In this document: piece after piece, positions 1-12,586 of the stretch | Numbering within the stretch: position 1 is the stretch's first letter | Layout: each line of letters opens with the position of its first letter | DNA from: Eledone cirrhosa | Taxonomy: Eukaryota | Direction of reading: 5' to 3' | NCBI GenBank assembly: GCA_964016885.1 | Contig: OZ024743.1 | Span: forward strand, 224,688,001-224,752,000 | DNA: 64,000 bases | Notes under the pieces: generated by a model | Seen by the model: only the letters and a program-made list of their open reading frames with translations | Database searches by the model: none | What the model was told of the DNA's origin: nothing | Made by a program: the position numbers and the translations under genes

Positions 1-158
1 CTCACTCAGACACACTCACTCAGACACACTCACTCAGACACACTCACTCAGACACACATACTCAGACACTCACATACTCAGACACTCACATACTCAGACA
101 CTCACATACTCACTCACTCACATACTCACTCATTCACTCACATACTCACTCACTCACA
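1..158. repeat. CACT/CAGA-type compound microsatellite
   Basis: Tandem ctcactcagacaca/catact units from the window start. Confidence 0.9.
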
Positions 159-667
159 TTTTCAGTTGATGAACAAAAATTGAAAAAGAATATTCCAAAA
201 AAATGTATCTATCCATATATATGATAGCTGCAAGTCGATTTTGAGTAATTCCGTCGCTTGATACTTAAGCATGAGCATCATAGACATGGCTTTTTAGTCC
301 TGCTATGGCCAGCAATACCATGCATTGCAAAAAAGTTGCATATTGAGCGATGCCTGTGCTTGAAACTTTTTTTAAGTGAGGAAAGGCTTTGCACGGGGCC
401 AATACAACTCTCTGAACATTGAATGCATTTATTCCCAAAAGAAGAACTGGTCTACATCATTGGATGCAAATGTAGCCATAGGTTTTATATCAGTGATGTT
501 CTCCTAGAGAGATGTCTTAATGAAGACTAGGAGTCTCTCGCTTCACCCCCCCCCCCCCCCCAAAAAATATATATATACACATACATTCACACACACAAGC
601 AAATATAATGACCCAATCTTTGTTAATACAACAGGGCTAATGATAACATGTATCATCTATTGTACAG

Positions 668-3600
668 GTCAATCTTTTGGACCGTGGTCTAGACATTGAT
701 ATATTCCTGAAACAGTGTAATGCCTCACAAGAGAAAATTATTGAAATGATTAAAGAAGGAAATAACAAGGAGCTTGACTTGGAAATGTTACGACGGATGC
801 AGAAAATTCTACCAACTGACAGTGAGGTATGTTATTGCAACAGAGCATATCACATGATAACTTTGATAACTTTCGGTCAGTATTGGCCCAAGCCATGTCT
901 AACTTAATAGCACCAACTGGCAAAATACCCAATATCAAATTATTAACAATAGCATAGTTAATACACAAGGTTAAATCATCATCATCATCGTCGTTTAACA
1001 TCCATTTTCCATGCTAGCATGGGTTAGATGGGTTATCCCATTAGACGCAAATTCGATCGTGTGACCGTGTCTTGCTCATATAGAACTGTTTCTGGCTAAG
1101 TTTCTATGGCTAGATGCCCTTCCTAATGCCAACCACATTTACAGTGTGGGCTGGGTGCTTTTTGTAGTGACTCCTACACAACCCCTTTACAGTGTGAGCT
1201 GAGTGCTTTTTGTCATGACTCCTACACAACCCCTTTACAGTGTGGGCTGGGTGCTTTTTGTCATGACACCCACACAACCACAACACAAATTAAAGTAATG
1301 ATTCTAAACCTGGGGTCTGTGGACCCCTAAATGTCAGTGAGTCGAGTTCAAATTTTCAACTACTTTTTTATAAATATAATATACACAAACTCCTGGATAT
1401 CCATTCTTCTCTAAATATAATCATTCATTTCTTAATCATCTGGGGAGCGAATAGTTGTAGTAGGGAAACATTCATTTAAATAAAAGGGTTCCTTGGGAGA
1501 GAAAAGATTAGGAACCACTAGGACGAAAGTAAAAATCAACCCCAGCTTTGTATTCCATACTTTAAGGTTTGATAAAATAAATACCATGACAAAAAAGAAA
1601 CAATGAGGATGAAATGGGAAGGGGCACACTTTTAACGAACGATATAAGTAGAAATTGTTAGAATGGTTATAACAAAGTTGTTAGATTTAATAACAAAAAT
1701 AAAGATTTAGTTTATATATAAAGGTTTACTTCACTTGAGTTAAAAAGAACAATAAATATATTACCACGAGTTGCGAAGGTTGACAATGTTATTTTTGTTG
1801 TTGGTTCATGAGGCTGTTGTAGTCTGAGACCATAGTAAGAGAGAGATAATGGTCTGTAGTTGACTGTAGCCCACTGTGGCCTGTAGATACCGGTGAATCT
1901 TTCACATAGCTTGTAATAGCGTACTGCTCCGATCGCTCTGTATGTCTGTAGACTTCTGGGGCCTGAAGGTAGTGGTGAATCTTTCACATGACTTGTCTAT
2001 ATCGTGGTGCTCCGATCTCTCTGTCTATAAAGTGGGAAAATATAGGCTTTATATACCTGTCGCTCTCTGTCTCCCACTTTGGTGTGAACCTGTTCACACC
2101 AAAAGGGTGGTGACCAAGAGTTTGACCTTTAGGTGTCACCCAAGGTTCAAGGCATGGACAGATTTCGGTACATAAGTTCCCTACCCAGATCGATGCAGGA
2201 ACAGCGATCGATTATAAAAGGGGTAGCCAAATCTGATTTTAGAAGCGTGTCCCAAAACACACAAAATGTGGGTACTGCGCCCGCATTTCGAGTGTAGAGA
2301 AATTTAGAGAAAAAAAAAAAAATTGTATAACTGTATGCATGTGTGTGTGTAACATTTAGAAGAAACTGTAACTATATAAAGTTGTGATCATGTATTTCGA
2401 ACTGTTGTGTATGGATGGATGGGTTACGGTATCAGATTACGATATAACACAGAGGACTATTTCTCTCGATGTATCATCATACATAAGATTCTCTTCCAGT
2501 GAGTTGAGTATATGCTATGACATGAGTGTGTGTAATTTTAAGTTGCATGCTTGAGTGAGTCAAAGCGAGTAGTACCCGTGGGTGAGTTTCTCATGTGTTT
2601 AATAGCTGTTGCCGTACCTCGACCAGTTGAAAAGTGATCTCGCTGAGACCCAACCGAATCCAGAATATACCATAGACTAAAACATGTTGGTGTGTGACAA
2701 AGAAAATGATGTGTGTTCGATGCAAAACGTGTATGTTGATACAGGCATATAATATAGTGAAACAAATAAAAAAAATAAAATGAACGTTCATATATAACCT
2801 GTAAAAAAGAAGTTTTTAAAAATATTTATATGATTGTTCTTTACTAAAAATTCAGTTTTCTCTTCTTTATGTGATCGTTTTCTTGTTAGGAAGCTAGTAG
2901 TATTGTCTGTTGTTGTTGAGATTATGAAGCAAGTGGGGAAGTGTTTGGTAATGAATTGAAACATAAAAGCGAAGTCACTGTAAATACTCTGTAGAATGGA
3001 AATTTGGTGAATAATTTGAAAAAGACAAATTTTATCATATCGTAGAATATAGATGAGAAGCTTGATAAGAGAAAGTTGTTGATATTGGCAAAAGAAGCCA
3101 TGATCAGATCAAAAAGGCTGCGTGTGGTTTTCTTTTTTTTTAAAACCACTTTGTATTATTTTTAAATCACGTTGGGGACACCAATTTAATGAAGGGTAAA
3201 AGTAAGAAATAGTTAGATGGATTAACATGATTATTAGATGAAATAACAAGAATGGCTGATTTAGTTTATATATAAAGGTTTACTTCACTTGAGTCAAAAA
3301 GAACAAACATATTACCACGAGTTGCGAAGGCTGACAACGTTATTTTTGTTGTTGGTTCATGAGGCTGTTGTAGTCTGAGACCATAGTGAGTGAGAGAGAG
3401 TAATGGTCTGTATACCGCTGAATGGTCTGTAGTTGACTGTAGATAGCGGTGAATCTTTCACATAGCTGGTCTGTATCGTGGTGCTCCAATCTCTCTGTCT
3501 CTCTGTATTTCTGTAGACCTCTGGGGCCTGAAGGTAGCAGTGAATCTTTCACATAGCTTGTAATAGCGTACTGCTCCGATCTCTCTGTATGTCTGTAGAC

Positions 3601-6600
3601 CTCTGGGGCCTGAAGGTAGCAGTGAATCTTTCACATAGCTTGTAATAGCGTACTGCTCCGATCTCTCTGTATGTCTGTAGACCTCTGGGGCCTGAAGGTA
3701 GCGGTGAATCTTTCACATGGCTGGTCTGTATCGTGGTGCTCCGATCTCTCTGTCTATAAAGTGGGAAAATATAGGCTTTATATACCTGTCTCCCACCTTG
3801 AGGGGATAGCCTACGCATGAACCTGTTCACACCAAAAGGGTGGTGACCTAGAGTTTGACCTTTAGGTGTCACCCAAGGTTCAAGGTGTGGACAGATTTCG
3901 CTACACACTATACACCCTTGGCTAGATGGTGTATCTCAGCTGTAGAGAACAGCCATGGTTGCCCACTACATCAGCCATTTCACCTTACATGTCTCTTTTC
4001 TCAGGTGTACTGAGTATTAGTCAATTTAAACAACTATATTTTAGATATGCCTAAATAAAAAAAATAGCTTCACTATATTTCCCTCAATTTGATCTCCAAT
4101 CATCTTTGTGTCTGTTATTTCTCAATATGAATAAGATATTAATTCTAGGATTGTATGCATCATCATCATCATCATCATTTTATGTCCGTTCTTCCACACT
4201 AACATGGGTTAGACGGGTATTCCTGTTGTGGGCAGTGCCAGGTCGGGTGACCTTGTCTTGCTTATACGGGAACTGATTTTGGCTTGATTTCTACAGCTGG
4301 ATGCTTTACCTACCACCAACCTCATTTACAGTCCAATATATATATAATATATATAATGAAATTATTGTGTACAGTGCTCAGATGCACTACAACTCATCAA
4401 AGGTGCATGTATAGTACATAGAATAATGTACAAATGTCAGGAAAATGAACAGTGTATGAGTCATGATATAATAATAATAACAATAATGAAATAGTGTACA
4501 GTGCCCAGGTGCACAACTCATCAAAAAAGTGCATGTACAGTACATAGGGCAATGCACAAACATCAGTAAAATGAACAGTGCACGAGTCATGATACACACA
4601 TGTGTGCATGTGTATGGAAGGGGTACATCAGGTGTAGTTTTGGCGTATTTCGGGAAGCATGAGTGTCTTAAAGGATGCAGTGTCTCGGCAGCTAACAATT
4701 GACGCAGGCAGTTTGTTCCATGCTTCAGCAACTCTGAGCGTGAAAAAATGTCTACGAAAGTCATGGGAGCTGTGCTGTTTTCTGATCTTGTAGGCATGTC
4801 CACGTGTGTTAAACACATGGGGATCAAAGAGGCGCTCAGGGTTGCAATTGGCGAGATGGTTAAAAACTTTGTGGGTATTCACCAAGTCCATCGCCAGACG
4901 TCGGAGCTTCAATGAATCCATGCCCAGGGAAGCAAGGCGTTCAGAGTATGGTAGGTGTCTGATGGAGGGTATGCGCTTGGTTGCACGTCTCTGAACAGTT
5001 TCCAGGAGGTCAATGTTCTGAGCAAGATAGGGGTTCCAGACTGATGATGCGAATTCCAAGTGAGGTCGCACCATAGCTGTATACAGTTTTAAATAGATGG
5101 CTGGAGAGCGGCTAACAAAGGTCTTGCTGAGTGATGCCAAGACACCCTCGGCCTTCTTGACAATCTTAGAGACATGCTTTGTCCAACGCAAATCGTTGCT
5201 GACAGTAATGCCCAGGTCACGTTCACAAGAGGACTTTTTGATATCAGTGTTGTGGAGGGAGTATGTGGACGCTGGATTTTTCCTTCCAAAATGCATGGTG
5301 GTACACTTGTCCACAGCCAGCTTCAGTTGCCAGTCTGTGATCCATTGCTGCATTGTGTCCAGGTCTGATTGTAGGAAAGAGTTGTAGGTTTCAGGATCAG
5401 TCCTTTTGATTTCAAGGTACAGCTTGATGTCATCTGCATATTTTAGTACCGTGGCATTCTGTAAGTTGGCATCTATGTCATTAATATATGCCACAAACAA
5501 AAGAGGACCAAGAACAGATCCCTGTGGTACACCAGATGACATCTCATATGGTGAAGAATGCTGTCCTAGAACCGTGACTACTTCTTTTCGACTGAGAATG
5601 AAGGATTTCAACCAGTCGAAAAGATCATCCCTCACACCCATTGCAGAGAGTTTTGCCATAAGTCTTTTGTGTGGCACAGAATTAAAAGCCTTAGCAAAGT
5701 CAAGGTAAACAACATCCACCCATGAGCCGCTGTCAGTGATCCGGGTGATGTCCTCAAGGAACTCGATAAGCTGATCACAGCAGCTGGAGTTAGGGATAAA
5801 TCCAAACTGTGAGGGCCGGATGAGGCTGTGAGAGCTCCAGAAGTTCCAAAGTGTTTCTCTGACACAGGATTCCATCAGTTTGGCCATACAGCTAGTAAGA
5901 CTGACTGGACGATAGTTGACAGGTGACATGCGGTTGCCCTTTTTGAACAGGGGAATGACACTGGCAGTTTTCCACTGCTCCGGAGTAGCACCATTGTTGA
6001 GACAGTATTGAAAGAAGAAAGAAAGCTGGCGCAAAAGGAAATACCCGCCACGTTTGAGAAGCAGGTATGTCACACCATCAAGACCAGGGGAGGCATAGTT
6101 GCGCTTATTCTTAAGGTGATATAAAACACTTACAATCAAATATGAAGCAGATGTAAATAGATGTTTCATATCTGAAGATATGCTTAATAGTCCAAAATAA
6201 TATATATCTTTTGATAACTTTTCTTCAATATCTAATAAATACACTGTCTGAAAATAATTAGTTTATCATGATATTGGAGCTGTATTTTATTATAGGTCTC
6301 GTATGAAATATTTCCTGGCTCTGGAGAGAAGAGCCGGTCTTTGAGATATGGTGCTATGTTGAAGATGTGTGTTCATGATGAAAAACCTGAAGTGAATGTG
6401 AGGCCAAGTATTTGGGGAGATAGCAAGGTCTCTAGTTATATATATATATATGCCAGTTTAATTTAATCCCTTGTTTCTCAATGTGGGTGCATGGCAATAT
6501 TTTGGTGGAGTGTGGTACTTTGAAATGGGGCATATATACTATGCTATATAGTTTCTCATCATGATGTAGTGCACATTTTTGGGAAAACTGAAGTGGGGTG

Positions 6601-9600
6601 TGAGCAAGGTTGGACTTAAACCTTATGGAGGCCTGGGGCACTTCAGGTTTTGGGGGGGTCCCTAATACACAAAAACTTAGAATACGCATCAAGTTAGCTT
6701 GGTGCAAGTAATTTGAATTGAAAAGTTATACATACAGGTATTAAATAAAAAAATTCTAACCATCCTAAAACTAAAATGTCCCTCACTGCTCCCTTTTTCA
6801 CCATCATCATTGTCATTTTAACATCTGCTTTGCCTGCTAGCAAAGGTTGAACATGTTAGCAATATGCTAATCTGTTTGACACTCTGCTGTATCTATTTAT
6901 CCACTTCAGTTTACTTTGAATCATTCTTTGACATTTCAGCTATCCTTGTTAAATGCTTACCAAGGGGACAAAGAAGATCTGGGCAATCCAGAGAAATTCT
7001 TTCTGTTGTTATCAAAAATTCCTAATATTCATCTGTGCATTGAGGGCATGTTACTGAAAGAAGAGAGGAAAGTTTTAATGCAAACTCTGAAACCTAACAT
7101 TGAAACTTTGAAGAAAACCTGTCATGTGCTAATAGAAAACCAAAACCTTAAAGCTTTCTTTGCTATCAGTCTTGATGTTGGAAACTACATGAACTCTGTA
7201 AGTTGGATTTTCTTGTAAGCTTAGTGCCAGAAATAGTTATCACTATTATACCAACTAGGCAGACATGTAGGGCAATAAATACCCAGGCATACACCCTGTT
7301 GATGTTTAGCTAAAAATTTAAAACGAAATCACATATTGTAAGGGATTTTGTAGCTTCAATTCTTTCTAGAAGAGTCTGTCATAGCTGGTTATTAGCTAGT
7401 GAAAACATTACTATTTAACAGCTTAGTGGTAAGGGTGTTCAGCTCATGATCTTTAACCCTTTAACATTTAAACTGGCCATATCCAGCCAAATTTCTCTCA
7501 CCTCTTTCTGTTCAAACCGGCCACTCATACTGATATTAAGGTATTATTCTCAAAAGAAATATCAAAATCTCATAGATTCGATATTACGTGAAATAATTAT
7601 GTGAAGTAAAGCCTTTACCACAAAAATACAATAGTAAATATAGAGCGATGTAAATGCTAAAGGGTTAAATCATGAGTTTGATTCCTGGTGGTGCATTGTA
7701 TTCTTAAGCAAGACACTATATTTTGTTGTTCCAGTCCATTCAGCAGAAAAAAAAACTAGTTGTGCCTGCATTTTGTTAGGCCAGACATGTTACACGTCAT
7801 GTAATGCTGAAATCTCCTAAGAACTACGTTAAGGATGCACATGTCTGTGGAAAGCTCAGCCACTTGCATGTTAATGTCATTAGCAGGAGGCTGTTCCAGT
7901 GTTGTTGGAAACAACAAAGGTCAAACAGCATATAAACATCATCATCATTTAATGTCTATCTTCTATGCTAGCATGGGTTAAAAGTATAATCCAGAAACAT
8001 TTAAGATATAAAAAGAATTTTACATTGCTAACATTTCTTCCAACTTCTAGAACACAACTAAAACTTCAGTTGTATTTTATTAGATTGTTTTGTTTAACAT
8101 TTAGAAGGTACAGTTAAATGATCAAGTTGAGCATTTTCTGGATCTGAAGAGATGAGCCAATCTTTGAGATATGGTGCTAACTATGAACCTCTGTGTCACC
8201 AGAGCAGTGGTGACATGAAGGGCATCCTGTCATAAAATAATACCTAAAAAATGATCCCATGGTGGGTATGAAACTTGTCATGTAATCAACAAGGTGAAAT
8301 CATGCTTTTACGGAGTAGTTGCTCTTAAAATGTTTGTTTGTACCAAGGGATGTATTCAATGGAACCAGAGTTAGCCTGGAATTCAGGAGGTTGGGTGAAC
8401 TGTCATACTGAGTTCTTTTCTGCAGGAAATGCTGCCAACAATAAGCCAGTATCTTATCTGAAGAAAGGTTTATCTTTTACAATATTTTCTTAAAGTTCTA
8501 AAATCTGTAGATAAATACCACTACTAGAGGTTTATGGGTTAGAATTGTACTTTCTAAGTACTAGTGACCAAATGATTGTTGCTAAGTGCTAGTGATGAAT
8601 GGACTAAATTGGGAGGTTATGAAAGATTTCTGGATTGAGTTTTTACTTGTAAAACTAGATATTATTAGAACAATATTAGTTGAGAAATCGTTCTTCAATG
8701 TATAATTTTAGCAAATAACCTTTCATTTTGTTTGAGTAACTACTTGGGAAACTTTGTATCCTACATGTACTAGACATATATTACAGAAATAATCTTGATG
8801 TTAATCCTATAGCATACATCTAGAATTCAACTTCATAATTGTAACTTTGAAATAATGATTTCTGATTTAGGCACAAGGCCAACAATTTTGGGGGTCAGTC
8901 AATTAAACTAACTCCAGTGTGTTATTGGTACTTCATTTTATCGACTTTTTAAGGATGAAAGGCAAAGCTAACCTCTGCTAACTCAGAACGTAAAGGGCCG
9001 TAACTCTATGCTACACAGCATGTTGTCTGGTGCCCTACTGATACAACCAATCCACTGTTCTTAACTTTCAATATTTCTAATTAAAATCTTTTCAGGGACG
9101 TTATGCAGGGAATGCTGTTGGCTTTGAAATTAGTTCTGCAATAAAACTCTTCAAAGAAACAAAATCAAATGAGACAGGCATTACATTATTACATTTCCTT
9201 GTAAATCAAGCTGAGGAATCTAACAAGTTCATGTTTGTTGAAGAACTCCAGCCAGTTATAGATCGTGCAAGCAGGTAAGTCATCTAACTCTCATATAGAT
9301 TATCCTTCCTGTCCTCTTACCTTATCTTGCACATGAACCCCATGGCATCAAATTTATGCCTAATAATCCTTGCTCTTTCCCTCTCATTTATAGCTTTATA
9401 GTCCTTTCCAATGCTACTTCCTTTTTCTGTTTGACTAAATATTAAATTCCTATTTTTATATAATTTTATCCTAGGAACATATGAGTATTTTGAAATAAAA
9501 TAATTTTTCCATTAAAAATCTTTGAAAGATATATATTTTTTCTTCTTCTCTCTCTACCTTCTGAGAAGCACACACAGCATAACATGTTATATATGTGTGT

Positions 9601-12190
9601 GTGAAATGTACATATGTTTAAATGACATTTTATATTATATTTATAAATAATGCAACAACTAGGAACCTGAGATGTAATTGTCTCTCTTGATTCTCCACTG
9701 CTGATGATGTCCCTATTTTTTTTACAGGTTATCCATTGATGCCTTACAGAAAGATTTGACTGTATTTAAAACCAATGTCAAAAGATTTAGCACTGAAATT
9801 AACATCAGTAGTGAAGAAAAAAACGAATACAGCAACTTTATTAAGGTAAGGAAATATTTTTCATTATTTAACATCTTTTTTACCTACCTGCAATGGTTGG
9901 ACAGATCATCAGAGGCAGTACTTGGAGCAATAGGCCTGTTTGCATATATTTGTTCCTGCACTCTTCAGAGTGTAGCAGGGACATCTTATCGTAACACCAG
10001 CTCTAGGAAGGTTGTCATGTTTTCAATACAGCTGAAGAATCTTCTGTTCTTTGTTTGGCTAGTTTTCTACAGTTCGATTCCTCACGCTCAAAAATAACAT
10101 TAGTCTGGCTAAGATGCTATTTTTAATAAAGAAACCAACTAATTTATAAACAAATCATTTTCAATGCTATATCACATGTGAACTGAAAGTATAAATATTC
10201 TTTAATCACATGATCCATTTGATAAAAAAAAACCCTGTTTAAATTTAATGATGAAACTAGAATAAGGGGCAGTGTTTTCAACTGAAATACAAAAACAGAA
10301 GTTTCTGAAACCACTTCTGGTGCTATGATGTTTGTTTTAAAGCGTAAAACTTTCATTATAATCTGTTCAAACACCAGCTTAATGAGAAAGCTGCTGTATA
10401 TACTCGAATATGTCTCCCCTCCATTTTATGTCTGAGAAATGGCCCAAAATCTGAACCCTGTTTATAAGCTGAATAGCTAATCAAAACATCATGGCACCAT
10501 TTTGAAAATATTTACAAAGTTTAAAAATTTAATATATAAAGTCTCATTTAGAGTATAGTTTTTAGAAGAGACAGCAAAAGTATAATTGTTTTTTACAGAG
10601 AAAAACAGTCAACACACGTTTATGTGCATATTGGATATTCATGTATCATTTTTCTGTGACAGGCAGATAGTAACAGTAATGGAAAGACAAGCAGAAGCAT
10701 AGTTTACTTGGTTTGAGATGAAGAATCGGCTCCTTTTTTTTTTTTATAAAACATATAATCATGTTTGCAATGCAAGTAAAATGAAGTAGATTCAACTAGC
10801 AGATTCCCGACTTGCTTTAGTAGTGAATTTCCTCAATCTTCTTCATAGCTTAATGGTTAAGGTGATGTATTCATGATCATATAATGTTCTGGGTTTGATT
10901 ACTGGAAGGAGCAGCACATTTTTGATCAAAATAATTTATTTCTTGTTGCTTCTTCTGCCAGTTCTGACCAGCAGATACTATCAGCAATGGAAATATTATT
11001 TATTGGTCCAGTCTAACTATGAGCTTCTATACTTTGTTTAATTTCTGCTTGTATTACTTGACAGGAAACATTATTAGAAATACAAGAAATTGAAAACCAA
11101 TTTCAAGAAATTGATGAAAAGATTCAAATGTTAAGGACACATTTTTGTGAGAAGAAAACTAACTTCAACTTGGAAGAATTCCTTGGCAATTTCAAAAGCT
11201 TTCTAAATAATGCCAAACAATGTCAGAAGGTAAGTCAACATGTAGAGTGGCAGTTTTTGTTGATTTTTTTCAATGCAAATAATAGGGGGGGGGGGGGATA
11301 CAGTTAAACCCTGTTTGTTGGGTCAACATCCTATACACATAATTAGTCACGTCTCCAATATCTCAATCTTTGTTTACACTACACATCCTACAAATTGTAG
11401 TTGAATAAATATGACCTTCAAATCTTCCTGGAATTTTGTTGTGCACTACTGCTTTATTTAGCATTTAAACTGGCCGTATCCAGCCAGAACTGATGTTAAG
11501 GTACTGTTCTCAAAATAAATAACATCAAAACCTGTAAATTTGATATTATGTAAAGTAAAGCCTTTACCATAAAAATACAATAGTATATATATATATAATG
11601 TAAATGCTAAAAGGTTAAGTGAATAGAACTGTGTTATTTGATTTCTATATTATAGTTGTCCTTCCTATTTAACTAGAAATATATTTCGAGATTTATTACA
11701 TAATATACTTTCTCTCATAGGATAACAAACAACACAAGATTCGGTTAGAAATGCAGCAGAAGAGCCAAAAGAAGAGAGAACAACAAAAACTAATAAGCAA
11801 AAGAAAAGAACAATTGAACTCAAACACACAACTAGATGAAAGTATGTATCTTTGCTGTCTTAGAATACAAGCCTAGTTTAACATCAATTGAGCTGACATA
11901 TATGTCATTCTTTAACCTCTTTCTGCTCATACTGATGTTATTGTTCTCAAAATAAATAACTCATAGATTCTACATTATGTGAGATAATTGTGAAAATATA
12001 GAGTAATATAAATGCTAAAGCATTTTTAATTTATTTACTATAGCAATAATTTATCCTTTCTATTGTAACCCTCACTAAAGGATTAATCTTGCTCTATATT
12101 CCAGAAGGCCGCAGACGGCGACGCCCTGTTGATGACTCCAACATTATGGGAAGTTTAATAAGTATGATTGAAAATGGTTTTGTCGACTGA
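668..12190 (+). CDS. FH2-domain formin (INF2/FHDC1-like), 3' part; exons 668-826, 6940-7197, 9096-9274, 9728-9845, 11065-11229, 11721-11841, 12105-12190
   Basis: AG/GT-bounded exons join in frame: VNLLDRGLDIDIFLKQ..KILPTDSE | ..LGNPEKFFLLL..IEGMLLKEE..GNYMNS | GRYAGNAVGFEISSAIKLFKETKSN..TLLHFL (FH2 GNxMN motif) ... ends IMGSLISMIENGFVD*. AATAAA near 12296. The 5' exons lie upstream of the window. Confidence 0.88.
976..1285 (-). mobile_element. 5'-truncated RTE-LINE 3' UTR copy with (CAT)n tail and ~46-bp internal repeats
   Basis: Reverse complement of the 3' UTR attached to the RTE ORF at 61940-62235. Confidence 0.75.
1631..3905 (-). mobile_element. Non-autonomous LTR retrotransposon (TRIM/LARD-like; LTRs 3185-3905 and 1631-2172)
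   Basis: Two direct repeats starting TGTA on the minus strand. PBS TGGTGTCCCCAACGTGAT at 3183-3166 (2 mismatches to the tRNA-Trp PBS TGGTGACCCCGACGTGAT). Purine tract GGGTAGGGAA just before the 3' LTR. CACT on both flanks (1627-1630, 3906-3909). About 1 kb internal region with no recognisable ORF. Confidence 0.85.
4157..4330 (-). mobile_element. RTE-LINE 3' end fragment
   Basis: (CAT)n tail plus the same terminal sequence as 62050-62235. Confidence 0.7.
4471..6120 (-). mobile_element. 5'-truncated CR1-clade LINE with uninterrupted reverse transcriptase (ORF 4628-6244; element-derived from about 6117)
   Basis: SPGLDG, NYRPVSLTS, QFGF, VDVVYLDFAKAF, SGVPQGSVLGPLLF, YADD, ERDLG and a CR1-type C-terminus (TRGH..K; FFTLRVAEAWNKLP). 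GC-richer than the flanks; (TTA)n-like tail at 4471-4490. Confidence 0.93.
7420..7900 (+). mobile_element. tRNA-derived SINE interrupted by a TTAA-MITE (7452-7668)
   Basis: A-box-like gcttagtggtaag and B-box-like gagtttgattcc are separated by the MITE; cttaagcaagacact core follows. Confidence 0.65.
8860..9060 (-). mobile_element. tRNA-derived SINE (family A: aaggatgaaaggcaaag core)
   Basis: Matches copies near 17655, 34515, 36260 and 46000. Confidence 0.75.
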
Positions 12191-12586
12191 CATCTTTGAA
12201 TATAATCACTTCCATCAGAACAATAACCAGCAAATTCCTGCCAAATAATCAGCGTTTAACAAACACTATTAACACAAACTGCAACTTTCAATGTCAATAA
12301 AGTAACTGGCGTTTAATGCTGATTATTTATTCCCCCATACTATGTGTTTTTTTTGGTTTGACTAGAGACCAACGGATTATAAAACCTAGAGTTTGCATTT
12401 CACTTAAAGAACTTTGTTGTACAAAATTCAAAAGTTTGAGTTTTATTACAAAGTAAAACTGCAGCTCTCTCTGTCAATTGATAAAAATTGAAATACATTT
12501 TTATTACAAAAAGATTTACGTAACATCAAGTTCATTTGAGAAAACACTTTTGGAAAGAAATGGTTGATAGATATATAGTTTGGTCA

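Noticed and set aside
2922-3149. 75-aa ORF after the PBS as gag
   Set aside because: No recognisable gag motif, so the call cannot be supported.
5041-5060. CTGATGA as a hammerhead core (also near 9700, 22883 and 51661)
   Set aside because: No stem II/GAAA/stem I arrangement; these lie in coding or ordinary sequence.
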